Positions 29,296 to 38,859 of a stretch of 64,000 nucleotides of DNA are shown here, piece after piece (within the stretch, counting starts at the first letter, position 1; every line of letters starts with the position of its first letter). The notes under the pieces are model-generated. The model was given only the letters and a program-made list of their open reading frames with translations. It made no database searches and was not told where the DNA came from. A program made the position numbers and the translations under genes. The stretch is from Abditibacterium sp. (GTDB lineage Bacteria > Armatimonadota > Abditibacteriia > Abditibacteriales > Abditibacteriaceae). The stretch lies in the NCBI GenBank assembly GCA_965199495.1, contig CBDASK010000003.1:4544001-4608000 (forward strand), given 5' to 3'.

Positions 29296-29304
29296 AAACG
29301 AACA

Positions 29305-30228
29305 ATGAAAAAATTATTCAAGATTCTACTGCCGCTCGTTGCGCTCTTGCTTATTGGTTATATTTGGGTTTGGCCGCGTTACATTACATGGTTTCACAAT
29401 CGTCAGGAAAACTCGGTTTTAGACGAGAAAATTCCCGGCAAAGTCGTCAAAGTTTCGATGCCGCTCAGCCCGCGCTTGCACCGCAAGATCACGGCGTGGC
29501 TGTATCTGCCGCCGGGCTACGACAAGTCGGACAAACGTTATCCGGTCGTCTACATTTTGCACGGCGCGCCCGGCGAAGTGCGCGACCCGTTCGTCAAAGG
29601 CCGCGTCCACGAAGCCGCCGAAAAATTGATTATGGCGCACCGCGTCAAACCGTTTATCGTGGTTTGCTTCGACGGTCACGGCCCGGCCAGTCCCGCCGAC
29701 GTGACCAACTTTCTCAATCGCGCCGACGGAACGTGGCAAATGGAAGATTTCATGGTTCACGAGTTGGTGCCGTGGGTAGACAAGAAATATCGCACCCTTC
29801 CCCGCGCGAGCGCACGCGCCTTGATCGGCGTTTCGGCGGGCGGCTACGGCGCGTTCAATCTGGCAATGAAATATCCCGACGTTTGGAGCGTGGCCGGTTC
29901 GCAGTGCGGCTTTTTCGATCCCGCCGACGACGCCAAAAACACGACCGAGATTTTAGGCTCGCCGGGGCCGTTGTGGAAAGCCAATAATCCGATGCTCGAA
30001 GCCCCAAAATTGCCGCCGGGCGCGCCGCTCCACTTTTATATGGACATTGGCCAAAACGACGAATTATTGGGCGAATTCAAGCGGATGAACGCCGAATTGA
30101 AGGCGCGCCGCATTGATCACGTCGCGCATATTTTTCCCGGCGGCCACAGTTGGGCGTATTGGAGCGCGCATTTTCCCGATTCGCTGTTGTTCGCGGGACA
30201 ACGATTTGAGGAAATGGCGAAAAGCTGA
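29305..30228 (+). CDS. Membrane-anchored alpha/beta hydrolase (putative esterase family)
   Basis: N-terminal TM, YLPPGY...RYPVVYILHG, GVSAGG nucleophile elbow, GGHSWAYW. Confidence 0.9.
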   Translation: MKKLFKILLPLVALLLIGYIWVWPRYITWFHNRQENSVLDEKIPGKVVKVSMPLSPRLHRKITAWLYLPPGYDKSDKRYPVVYILHGAPGEVRDPFVKGRVHEAAEKLIMAHRVKPFIVVCFDGHGPASPADVTNFLNRADGTWQMEDFMVHELVPWVDKKYRTLPRASARALIGVSAGGYGAFNLAMKYPDVWSVAGSQCGFFDPADDAKNTTEILGSPGPLWKANNPMLEAPKLPPGAPLHFYMDIGQNDELLGEFKRMNAELKARRIDHVAHIFPGGHSWAYWSAHFPDSLLFAGQRFEEMAKS

Positions 30229-30282
30229 AGTAACTTTGACGTTTTCCCTCACCCGCCTTCGCAACACCAAAACTCGAAATCA

Positions 30283-31926
30283 ATGAACCCCGACCCCATC
30301 GCCCGTCGCCAATTTCTGCGCATTTGCGCGCAGACCGCGCCCGCTCTGCTCGCGCCCGCGCTGTTGTCGGCGTGCGCGCGCAACACCGAAATCGCGTCCG
30401 CGACCAACGGCGCGACGCCAACAGCCACGCCGCCTTCGCCGTTGTTGAGTCCGAGCGCCAAATTCGCGGGCCAAAACCTTAAATGTGATATTTTGGTGAT
30501 GGGCGGCACGCCTGCGGGCATTGCGGCGGCGATTGCGGCGGCGCGTCTGGGCGCGCACGTTATTCTGGTCGAGGAGCGCCCGCTTCTGGGCGGCGACATC
30601 GTTTACGCGATGCTCAATATGTTCGACGTGCCGATGCAACGCGACGGCTCGACGCGGCTGGCGCACGGGATTTTTGGCGAGTTTTATAAAAAATTGGGCA
30701 GCGCCTTCGATGTCGGGCGCGCACAAAAACTGCTGGAAGAAAAAGTCGCCGCCGAACGCAATATCACGACGATGACCAACACGCATTTGGTGCGCGCGGT
30801 TGGCGATCACGGGCTGGCGAAGGGCGCGCTTGTCATTTCCAAACACGACGGCAAATTAAAGCGCATTCGCGCGAGCGTGATGATTGACGGAACGGGCGAC
30901 GCCAGCTTCGCCGATGCGGCGGGCGCGCAATCGTTCATTGGGCGCGAAAGCAGTGGGCACGACAAAAAAATGCAAGCGGCGGGATTGTTGTTCGCCGTTC
31001 ATGGTGCCGTCTGGATTGATATGATCAATTATGTCACCGCCGTCAAAATGATTCCCTCTCCGACGCCGCTTCCAGAAACTATCGGCGGCCCGATTCCCGA
31101 CGCATCGGATGGGGCGCGCATTGCGCCCAAACGCATTAAACATCGGCTGGGCGGCGCCAACGACCGCTATTTATGGGAGCGCGGCGATGTCGTCGCCGCC
31201 TACCAGCCACGGGGCGCGGATGTGTTGGCGATGTCGATTAATTTCGGCTTGCAACGCGATGGCAGCGTGGTTTTGAATACGCTCAATTCGATCAACGTCA
31301 ACGGTTTGGACGTGAAATCACGCCGGCGCGCGCACGCCGAAATCGTGCGCGAACTCGATACTTTTATTCCTTATTTGCACGGCGCGATGCCGGGCCTGGA
31401 AAACATTCGCGTGTCGAGAATCGCGCCCGAACTTTATATTCGCGAAACGCGCCATCTCAAAGGAGTTAAGACGCTGCAAGTGGACGATATTCGCAGCGGC
31501 AAAAAATTCTGGGATCGGATTGGTCTGGCGTCGTATCCGATTGATTTGCATCCCTACGAAAAGGCCGATTTCAACTTGTTCGAGCCGGAGCGCTATTTTT
31601 ACACGATTCCTCTGGGCACTTTGGTGCCGCGCGATGCGGACGGCGTCTTTGTGGCGTCGCGCAGTCTGTCGGCGAGTTACGAGGCGGCGGGTTCGTGCCG
31701 CGTGATTCCCGCGACGATGGCGATGGGCGAGGCGGCGGGCGTGGCTGCCGTTTTCTGTCTGCATAAGAAAATGACACCTCATACGATGATGAAAACGCCG
31801 CCGATGGTTTCGGGCGTTCAAAAGCAGTTACGCAAGCAGGGCGCCGATATCGGCGACGAAATTCCGGTCGAGCAAACGATTTTAGGCGCCGACGGTTTGC
31901 GGGCTTTGCCGCGCGGAGTGAATTAA
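30283..31926 (+). CDS. FAD-dependent oxidoreductase with Tat/lipoprotein signal
   Basis: ARRQFL twin-arginine plus LLSAC lipobox; DILVMGGTPAGIAAA, IDGTGD, YIRETRH, YPIDLH. Confidence 0.85.
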   Translation: MNPDPIARRQFLRICAQTAPALLAPALLSACARNTEIASATNGATPTATPPSPLLSPSAKFAGQNLKCDILVMGGTPAGIAAAIAAARLGAHVILVEERPLLGGDIVYAMLNMFDVPMQRDGSTRLAHGIFGEFYKKLGSAFDVGRAQKLLEEKVAAERNITTMTNTHLVRAVGDHGLAKGALVISKHDGKLKRIRASVMIDGTGDASFADAAGAQSFIGRESSGHDKKMQAAGLLFAVHGAVWIDMINYVTAVKMIPSPTPLPETIGGPIPDASDGARIAPKRIKHRLGGANDRYLWERGDVVAAYQPRGADVLAMSINFGLQRDGSVVLNTLNSINVNGLDVKSRRRAHAEIVRELDTFIPYLHGAMPGLENIRVSRIAPELYIRETRHLKGVKTLQVDDIRSGKKFWDRIGLASYPIDLHPYEKADFNLFEPERYFYTIPLGTLVPRDADGVFVASRSLSASYEAAGSCRVIPATMAMGEAAGVAAVFCLHKKMTPHTMMKTPPMVSGVQKQLRKQGADIGDEIPVEQTILGADGLRALPRGVN

Positions 31927-32002
31927 ATTTCTCTCGTCCAACGCGTTGAGATTTCTCTCAACCTTTGCACGCTGGCGCACGTTTCGCTGTTCTAACACTT
32001 TG

Positions 32003-32893
32003 ATGAAAACCCCAATTTTTGCGCTGAGCGCCACGCTCTGCTGCACGCTTCCTTTCTCCGCTTTGGCAGCTAATTCCGGCCCGAAACCTTCGCCGCCGCA
32101 CTCGCAATTAATCCTTGAATCCATGCCGGAATCGCCCATCGTGCATCGCCGCATTACGACGTGGGTTTTTCTGCCGCAGGGCTACAACGACGCGCAAAAT
32201 AAAACCAAGCGTTATCCGGTGATTTATCTGTTGCACGGGCAACCCGGCGGCTGGACGGACGCTTATCGTTCGGGCAAATTGGACGAAATGGCCGACAAAC
32301 TCATCGCTGGCGGCGAAATGCCACCGGCGATTATGGTCGCCTTCGACGGCAACGGGCCGGAAGGTCTGGGCGACATGACGAATTTTTGCAATCGCGTGGA
32401 CGGCTACCGGACGGAAGATTTCATCGTCAAAGGTTTGGTGCCTTACATGGACGCGACTTATCGCACGATTGCTAACGCCGATCATCGCGCAATCTGGGGC
32501 TATTCATCGGGCGGCTATGGCGCGCTCAATCTGGGGTTCAAACATCCCGATGTATTTCACGTTTTGGCTTCGCAGGCCGGTTTTTATCAGCCGCAGGACG
32601 ACAAAGGTTTGATGATGCGAGTTTTGGGCAAACCCGGCGACGGACTGTGGAAAGCCAACGATCCAACTTTAACTGTGCAAAATTTGCCGACCAACTCGCC
32701 GATGAATGTTTACCTGGACGCCAGCCCCAACGAAGACGATTACGCTGGTTTTCAGAACATCGCTGCCTCGCTCAAGGCGCGCGGCGCCAACGTGGAAACG
32801 CACTCGCTCGACAAAGCGCACGCGTGGCGATTAATCGTCAATCGCAGCCGCGACGCGCTGGTTTTCATCGGCAAAAGTTTCGGCGCTTCGTGA
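32003..32893 (+). CDS. Secreted alpha/beta hydrolase (putative esterase), paralog of 29305
   Basis: Signal peptide, RYPVIYLLHG, GYSSGG, AHAW. Confidence 0.88.
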   Translation: MKTPIFALSATLCCTLPFSALAANSGPKPSPPHSQLILESMPESPIVHRRITTWVFLPQGYNDAQNKTKRYPVIYLLHGQPGGWTDAYRSGKLDEMADKLIAGGEMPPAIMVAFDGNGPEGLGDMTNFCNRVDGYRTEDFIVKGLVPYMDATYRTIANADHRAIWGYSSGGYGALNLGFKHPDVFHVLASQAGFYQPQDDKGLMMRVLGKPGDGLWKANDPTLTVQNLPTNSPMNVYLDASPNEDDYAGFQNIAASLKARGANVETHSLDKAHAWRLIVNRSRDALVFIGKSFGAS

Positions 32894-32927
32894 TATTTTT
32901 GGCTGAGTCGGGCAACGCGTCACTCGC

Positions 32928-33968
32928 CTATTCGGGCGCGCTGAGCCGATCGAAATACTTGTTGCGCGGCAACTGCGCTGTCGCGTCGTCATTCAATAAA
33001 GCTTCGATGGCGTTCGCGGGCATTTTGCCCGTCAGCCACGCGCGCAAATTTTCGCGGGCGGCTTCGATTTGCGCGTCTGTTGGCGGCTCGATATGCAGCG
33101 TGAGCGTTTCCGATTCGGGCGAATTGGAGCAACGTCCGGTGCCCTGATCGTGATATTCCCAGCCCAGACTTGTCGGCGTATTTTCGTCGAGCGCCAAGTC
33201 GAAGAGCGTCAAAAAACGCTGGCTTGGATTGCTCTCGCTGGCTCGCCAAACTTCCATCTGATCGGTGACGGCATCGAAGTCGGCGCTCCAATAACCGCCG
33301 TTGACGCCATGCAACTCCCAGCCACGCACGCCCGCGCGACCAAACTCGTTTTCGGATTGCAAATCCAATTCTAATTGCCGACAATTCTGGCTCCAGACCG
33401 ATTTTTCCAGCCAGCCGATCCACTGCGCCAACGGCTGCAACTCTTCGAGCGAACCGCAAATCCATTCCAAGTCGCGGTGGACATGATCGTCCATCGCCGA
33501 CAATTGCGGGTGCAACTGCGGATAAAAAATTTTCAGTAACTGCTTGGCGATGTTCTCGTCCGCGCCTTCCATCCAGTCGTGCATCGAGAGTTCGTAGCGA
33601 AACGGCAGGTCGTCGCGATTCCAACTTTCGCGGCAAAACCCGCTGCCATCGGCGCGCAGAAAAAGCGTTAAAGTGCGACTCAAAGATGGATCGTAGCCCA
33701 CGATAAAGCGCGCGATGTCGCCGCGCCCCAGCGCATCGGCGGCGATGGTGGGATAAGCAGCCACGTCGCCTTCCTGCGCGCTCGTGAGCGGCGTGGCGAC
33801 TGTCAGCGTTTTGGCCGCGCCGCCCGCGTTTTCGCGCGCGCGCAGAAAGAGCAAACCGTTGAGCGCGCGCAAATCGTAGGTTTTGCCGTGCCAATCGAGC
33901 TGACTTTGCGCCTGCGGCAAGTGGCGGCGCGGACGTTTTCTGTCCCACGGAAAAATCGGAAAATCCAT
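32928..33968 (-). CDS. Hypothetical protein (346 aa)
   Basis: Long ORF with ATG, co-oriented just downstream of the DUF6915 gene; no family recognised. Confidence 0.65.
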   Translation of the reverse strand: MDFPIFPWDRKRPRRHLPQAQSQLDWHGKTYDLRALNGLLFLRARENAGGAAKTLTVATPLTSAQEGDVAAYPTIAADALGRGDIARFIVGYDPSLSRTLTLFLRADGSGFCRESWNRDDLPFRYELSMHDWMEGADENIAKQLLKIFYPQLHPQLSAMDDHVHRDLEWICGSLEELQPLAQWIGWLEKSVWSQNCRQLELDLQSENEFGRAGVRGWELHGVNGGYWSADFDAVTDQMEVWRASESNPSQRFLTLFDLALDENTPTSLGWEYHDQGTGRCSNSPESETLTLHIEPPTDAQIEAARENLRAWLTGKMPANAIEALLNDDATAQLPRNKYFDRLSAPE

Positions 33969-33980
33969 TGTGCCCTCAGT

Positions 33981-34409
33981 TTATTCGCCCGATGATTCGT
34001 CCGGCGCTTCTTCAATCGTCATTTCCTGCATTCGCCGTTTTTGATCGGGCGTCAATCCGTTCATCCAGCGACGCAGAGGCATTTCGCGCAGAAACTCGGC
34101 GGGCGTGGGAATCGCGTTCAAATCTTCCAAAATGTGCCGCTCAGCGACGGCGCGCGTCGGCACGGCTTCGCCGTCGGACGGACGTCGGTAAAGGTCGCCG
34201 AAAAACTGCTCGCACAGCGAAATTCCAAACGTCGAATGCAGCAGAGCGCGATGCCGCCAATCGGCGATGTAGAGTTTCGATTGATCCAAGAACTTGTGAA
34301 TCGGCACGTAATCGTCGGGCGTGCCGCCCCATTTGCGCGCCGACGATTCGGCATGAAAAAGGATGTCTCCTATGCTTGCAAGTTTGGGATATTCATGCGC
34401 GGCCCGCAT
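33981..34409 (-). CDS. DUF6915-like protein
   Basis: HAESSARKWGG..DDYVPIH..LDQSK..ADWRHRALLHS..GI..CEQFFG....DG..VP.R.VAERHILED pattern; start uncertain. Confidence 0.7.
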   Translation of the reverse strand: MRAAHEYPKLASIGDILFHAESSARKWGGTPDDYVPIHKFLDQSKLYIADWRHRALLHSTFGISLCEQFFGDLYRRPSDGEAVPTRAVAERHILEDLNAIPTPAEFLREMPLRRWMNGLTPDQKRRMQEMTIEEAPDESSGE

Positions 34410-34493
34410 AAAATTAAACGTGTGTTGCTCTTCGACAAACTTATTCGTGAGCATACTTAAGCGACCTATAGCGACTTGTGATAACCTCAAATC

Positions 34494-35099
34494 ATGCCCG
34501 AAATGTTTCTTACCGTCGAACAAACCGCCGCGCGTTTGCAGCTTTCGCCTTTAACGGTGCAGCGTCAACTCAAGCGCGGCGCGCTACGCGGCGTCAAGCG
34601 GGGCCGCGTGTGGCGCGTGCCCGAATCGGCGTTGGGCGAAAGTTCGCCGCCGACCGATTCGGATGGAGCGCAACAAAAAGCCGACGCGATTACAGCCGAA
34701 ATGCGAAGCGGCGACAGAAATCGGCGCAACGCCGCGCTGTTACAACTGCTGCGCGCCGATGCAGCCACGCGCTCAATCGTCGAGGCCGTGGCTGCCCATC
34801 AGCAGACGAGTTACGCGGGGCCGCAGCAAGATTGGAGCGATTGGCGGGTAAACTTACCTCAGATTACTCCGATGAAAATTACGCTCTTGGTTCAACTCGA
34901 CGCCGCGCCCGATGGCACGCCTGGCTTTTCGTCGTGGTGCCCCGAACTCGACATCGCCTCGCAAGGCGAAACCGAAGACGAAGCCCGCGTCAATCTGCGC
35001 GAGGCGCTGGAACTCTTCTTTGAAGACGCCGATGCGGATGAAGTCGCGCGGCGGCTGGCGCAGGGTGCGCGCGTGACGCAATTAGAGTTGGCGGCTTAG
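34494..35099 (+). CDS. Excisionase-type HTH (HTH_17) protein in frame with a HicB-like antitoxin (internal ATG 34872)
   Basis: FLTVEQTAARLQLSPLTV...GRVWRVP at the N-terminus; WCPELDIASQGETEDEARVNLREALELF at the C-terminus. Confidence 0.75.
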   Translation: MPEMFLTVEQTAARLQLSPLTVQRQLKRGALRGVKRGRVWRVPESALGESSPPTDSDGAQQKADAITAEMRSGDRNRRNAALLQLLRADAATRSIVEAVAAHQQTSYAGPQQDWSDWRVNLPQITPMKITLLVQLDAAPDGTPGFSSWCPELDIASQGETEDEARVNLREALELFFEDADADEVARRLAQGARVTQLELAA

Positions 35100-35125
35100 T
35101 GCCCAAACTAAAATCTACGAAAATT
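35099..35125 (+). pseudogene. Possible truncated hicA toxin start
   Basis: GTG overlapping the hicB stop encodes MPKLK, a typical HicA N-terminus; similarity is then lost as the sequence becomes AT-rich. Confidence 0.35.
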
Positions 35126-35190
35126 TTTGAGAAGACCTTCACTCAAGATACTGAATTGAGTTATAATGTGATCAGCAGGAAGAAAATAAA

Positions 35191-35373
35191 ATGTCAAACA
35201 GACAAAAACCAGGGGAGAAGCCAAGCCGTTCAGGTGAATATATTGAGCGTGGCCCGCGAGGTGGAGAAGTATCGAAAGCCAGACAAGTCACGATTGAACC
35301 GCGCGATGAGAAATTGCCACCAACTCAGGAAAAAGGGCGGACATGGGAAAGAATTGGGCCACCTGATTCTTGA
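35191..35373 (+). CDS. YjzC-like small protein
   Basis: KPGEKPSRSGEYIERGPRGG...KLPPTQEKGRTW pattern. Confidence 0.8.
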   Translation: MSNRQKPGEKPSRSGEYIERGPRGGEVSKARQVTIEPRDEKLPPTQEKGRTWERIGPPDS

Positions 35374-35728
35374 GCGTTCTGAAGTTCGCGGGTTCGCGTT
35401 TAAGCAGTAGACACGAACCCGCAATTTTCGTTACAGTTCACAAATCATGAAAATTACTCGCAGAAAGATTACGGACGGTTTATCTTTTCCAAAAATAGAT
35501 CAACTCCCCAACCTACGAATCCACCTAATCAATTGAGTTTGGACGAATTTGCCAAGATGAGAGAGAAGTGTGAATTCTATTTCGTTAAACGGATAGACGC
35601 AATTTTGCACTTTAAGAACCACTGGCAAAAACTCACTCAATTTTCAAATTCTTGTGCAGCTTTCTGTTTTATCATGGGAATATTACTCAGTGCATTATTT
35701 GTTAAAATTAATATGGAGAAGAAAATCA

Positions 35729-35941
35729 ATGACGCAAAAAGACAATCTCAAAGTGCCGTATCACAGGTTAGAAATTCCAGACTCTCAAACCGGCATAACG
35801 GAGGGGCAGGAGGCAGTATCAATAACGGAATATCCAGCCCAATCCCTCAACGAACCCGCGACATCGCAACCAGCACAACAAAACGATAACCGCGAACCAG
35901 AAGCATCAACCCCGCCAAATCCAACTCCACAGGAGAACTAA
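35729..35941 (+). CDS. Small Pro/Gln/Thr-rich hypothetical peptide (70 aa)
   Basis: GGAG upstream of ATG 35729; shares the YPAxxLNxPA motif with the next ORF. Confidence 0.5.
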   Translation: MTQKDNLKVPYHRLEIPDSQTGITEGQEAVSITEYPAQSLNEPATSQPAQQNDNREPEASTPPNPTPQEN

Positions 35942-35945
35942 AATA

Positions 35946-36143
35946 ATGCCCGACGAATACTTCGATAAAGCTATTCACGCCGATCCACATCAATCAGGTA
36001 ATGCTTACAAAGGCGATTTAGCAGCGATGTTAACTGCATATCCAGCAGAGATGTTGAATCAACCAGCACTGCAAGAAACTCCAGCCACACCACCGACCAC
36101 AGCAGAAGCACCGCCTACTCAAGCGCCTCCTACTGCGGATTGA
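35946..36143 (+). CDS. Small Pro/Thr/Ala-rich hypothetical peptide (65 aa)
   Basis: AGGAG RBS, starts 4 nt after the previous stop, carries the shared motif. Confidence 0.55.
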   Translation: MPDEYFDKAIHADPHQSGNAYKGDLAAMLTAYPAEMLNQPALQETPATPPTTAEAPPTQAPPTAD

Positions 36144-36446
36144 CAACCGTATATTGCTGTTTGTGTAAGAGTCCATAATATCCCAGATATTATGGACTTT
36201 CGCATTTCTCTGGCATTTTTGAATTGAGCGGTCGTTTCCTTTGTGGAACTTACTTCCGTCAAATCCGACCGCTCAACTCGGATAACTAATGGATGCCACA
36301 AGCATTACCCGCGCCAGCAATGGAGCGATGAACGGTTTTTTCCGTCTATAAGCGGATGCAGCAGCCACGTCGCGTGGCAACGTCAGCGCAGAAAATCGCG
36401 TGGCGCCATCATTGCATCGCTTAAATGCCGCGAGGCAAACCCCAAA

Positions 36447-37892
36447 ATGATTACCGAAGCACAATTAGCGCAGGATTTGGAAGTTCAGGAATATCAGGCC
36501 GGATTCGTCACCGATATCGAATCCGAAAATATCGGGCGCGGTTTGTCCGAGGAGACCGTGCGCACCATCTCGGCCAAGAAAAATGAGCCGGACTGGTTGT
36601 TGCAGTGGCGACTCAAGGCCTATCGCAACTGGCTCAAAATGGAAGAGCCGCACTGGGCCAACGCGCAATATCCCGCCGTTGATTACCAGAATATCATCTA
36701 TTATTCGGCGCCCAAAGAAAAGGTTTTGTTGGATTCATTGGATCAAGTCGATCCGAAATTGCTCGAAACTTACAAAAAGTTGGGCATTCCTTTGGAAGAA
36801 CAGAAGCTCTTGGCGGGCGTGGCTGTGGATGCCGTTTTTGATTCGGTTTCTGTCGCCACGACATTCAAAGGCGCGCTGAAAGAAGTCGGCGTGATTTTCT
36901 GTTCGTTCTCCGAAGCGGTGCAGGAACACCCCGAACTCGTCAAAAAATATTTGGGCAGCGTCGTTCCGGCGACCGACAACTATTTCGCGGCATTGAACTC
37001 GGCGGTGTTTTCCGATGGTTCGTTCGTTTTCATTCCCAAGGGCGTCAAATGCCCGATGGAGCTTTCGACGTATTTTCGCATTAATACGCAGGACACCGGA
37101 CAATTCGAGCGCACGCTAATTGTTTGCGAAGACGATGCGCAAGTTTCGTATCTCGAAGGTTGCACGGCGCCCAAGTTCGATACCAACCAATTGCACGCGG
37201 CGGTTGTCGAATTGGTGGCTTTGGATCGCGCCAACATCAAATATTCGACCGTCCAAAACTGGTATCCGGGCGATAAAAACGGCAAAGGCGGCATCTATAA
37301 CTTCGTAACCAAGCGCGGTGCCTGTCGCGGCGAATCGAGCAAGATTTCGTGGACGCAGGTCGAAACCGGCAGCGCCATCACCTGGAAATATCCCGGCGTG
37401 ATTTTGCAGGGCGATAATTCAATTGGCGAGTTTTATTCGGTCGCCGTCACCAATAACGCGCAACTCGCCGATACCGGAACCAAGATGATTCACATCGGCA
37501 AAAATACGCGCTCGACGATTGTCAGCAAAGGCATTTCGGCGGGGCGCGGGCAGAACTCGTATCGCGGTCTGGTGAAGGTTTTGAAAGGCGCCGAAAACGC
37601 GCGCAACTTCTCGCAGTGCGATAGTTTGCTCATCGGCGACCGTTGCGGCGCGCATACGTTTCCGTATATTGAAGTGCGCAATCCGACGGCGAAAATCGAA
37701 CATGAAGCCTCGACATCGAAGGTCGGCGAAGACCAGATTTTCTATTGCAATCAGCGCGGCATCCCGACCGAAGACGCGGTTTCGATGATCGTCAACGGCT
37801 TCTGCAAAGAGGTCTTCAAAGAATTGCCGATGGAATTCGCCGTCGAAGCGCAGAAGTTGCTGGGAATCTCGCTGGAAGGAAGCGTTGGCTAA
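36447..37892 (+). CDS. sufB: Fe-S cluster assembly protein SufB
   Basis: [54 protein letters not shown]. Confidence 0.97.
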   Translation: MITEAQLAQDLEVQEYQAGFVTDIESENIGRGLSEETVRTISAKKNEPDWLLQWRLKAYRNWLKMEEPHWANAQYPAVDYQNIIYYSAPKEKVLLDSLDQVDPKLLETYKKLGIPLEEQKLLAGVAVDAVFDSVSVATTFKGALKEVGVIFCSFSEAVQEHPELVKKYLGSVVPATDNYFAALNSAVFSDGSFVFIPKGVKCPMELSTYFRINTQDTGQFERTLIVCEDDAQVSYLEGCTAPKFDTNQLHAAVVELVALDRANIKYSTVQNWYPGDKNGKGGIYNFVTKRGACRGESSKISWTQVETGSAITWKYPGVILQGDNSIGEFYSVAVTNNAQLADTGTKMIHIGKNTRSTIVSKGISAGRGQNSYRGLVKVLKGAENARNFSQCDSLLIGDRCGAHTFPYIEVRNPTAKIEHEASTSKVGEDQIFYCNQRGIPTEDAVSMIVNGFCKEVFKELPMEFAVEAQKLLGISLEGSVG

Positions 37893-37903
37893 AACAAAAT
37901 TTA

Positions 37904-38023
37904 TTTCACACAAACAAACAAAGAACGGCACAAAGAAAACGAAGGGAATGAAGAAGCTTAAATGCTTTATTTGCTTCCGACTCTTTGTTTTCTTTGTGCC
38001 GTTCTTTGTTTCTTTGTGTGAAA
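37904..38023. repeat. Inverted repeat of ACAAAG-rich tandem units inside the suf operon
   Basis: TTTCACACAAACAAACAAAGAACGGCACAAAGAAAAC / GTTTTCTTTGTGCCGTTCTTTGTTTCTTTGTGTGAAA. Confidence 0.8.
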
Positions 38024-38038
38024 CTCCCATTTCTACAA

Positions 38039-38815
38039 ATGTCATTACTTGAAATTAAAAATTTACACGCGCGCGTCGAAGATAAAGAAATCTTGCGCGG
38101 CATTAACTTAACCATCAATCCCGGCGAAGTCCACGCGATTATGGGGCCAAACGGTTCGGGCAAATCCACGCTCGCCTCGGTTTTGGCCGGGCGCGAAGAG
38201 TATGAAGTCACCGGCGGCGAAGTTTTATTCGAGGGCAAAGATTTGCTCGATATGAAGCCCGAAGAGCGCGCGGGCGAAGGTCTGTTTCTGGCGTTTCAAT
38301 ATCCGGTCGAAATTCCCGGCGTGAACACACAGGTCTTTTTGCGCGCGGCGGTCAATGGCATTCGCAAGCACCAAGGTCAGGAAGAGATGAGCGCGATGGA
38401 CTTCTTGAAAGCCGTCAAAGAGAAGTCGAAGTTGGTTGAATTGCCCGATAACTTGCTCAAGCGCAGCGTGAACGAAGGCTTTTCGGGCGGCGAAAAGAAA
38501 CGCTCGGAAGTGTTTCAAATGGCGTTGCTCGAACCGAAAATGGCGGTCTTGGATGAAACCGATTCGGGTTTGGATATTGACGCATTGCGCATCGTCGCCA
38601 ATGGTGTGAATATGCAGCGCTCGCCGGAAAAGTCAGCGCTTGTTATCACGCATTATCAGCGTTTGCTGGATTATATCGTGCCGGATTTCGTGCACGTTTT
38701 GTATCAGGGTCGTATTATCAAATCGGGCGGCAAAGAGTTGGCGCAGGAACTGGATGAGACTGGTTACGACGAAATTATCGCCGGTTACGCGGATAACAAT
38801 GGAGCGGGAGTTTAA
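38039..38815 (+). CDS. sufC: Fe-S cluster assembly ATPase SufC
   Basis: MGPNGSGKST, AFQYPVEIPGV, NEGFSGGEKKR, LDETDSGLD, ITHYQRLL. Confidence 0.97.
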   Translation: MSLLEIKNLHARVEDKEILRGINLTINPGEVHAIMGPNGSGKSTLASVLAGREEYEVTGGEVLFEGKDLLDMKPEERAGEGLFLAFQYPVEIPGVNTQVFLRAAVNGIRKHQGQEEMSAMDFLKAVKEKSKLVELPDNLLKRSVNEGFSGGEKKRSEVFQMALLEPKMAVLDETDSGLDIDALRIVANGVNMQRSPEKSALVITHYQRLLDYIVPDFVHVLYQGRIIKSGGKELAQELDETGYDEIIAGYADNNGAGV

Positions 38816-38859
38816 ATTTTAATCAGAAAGCATTGAGGTTTAATTTACACACTAAAACT

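Noticed and set aside
29217..29304. ORFs reading through the MITEs (29217+, 60928-61422, 61137-61715)
   Set aside because: They translate palindromic repeat arms; no transposase motifs, so they are not autonomous IS genes.
35447..35889. AT-rich ORF fragments (35533-35889) with one hydrophobic helix
   Set aside because: Probably a remnant of a membrane protein gene, but start and family could not be supported, so it is not called.
36170..36446. Possible riboswitch, SufR/Rrf2 remnant or leader upstream of sufB (hairpin TTGAGCGGTCG...CGACCGCTCAA at about 36224-36276)
   Set aside because: A hairpin is present, but it matches no RNA family or regulator I can recognise; an Rfam/Infernal search would be needed.
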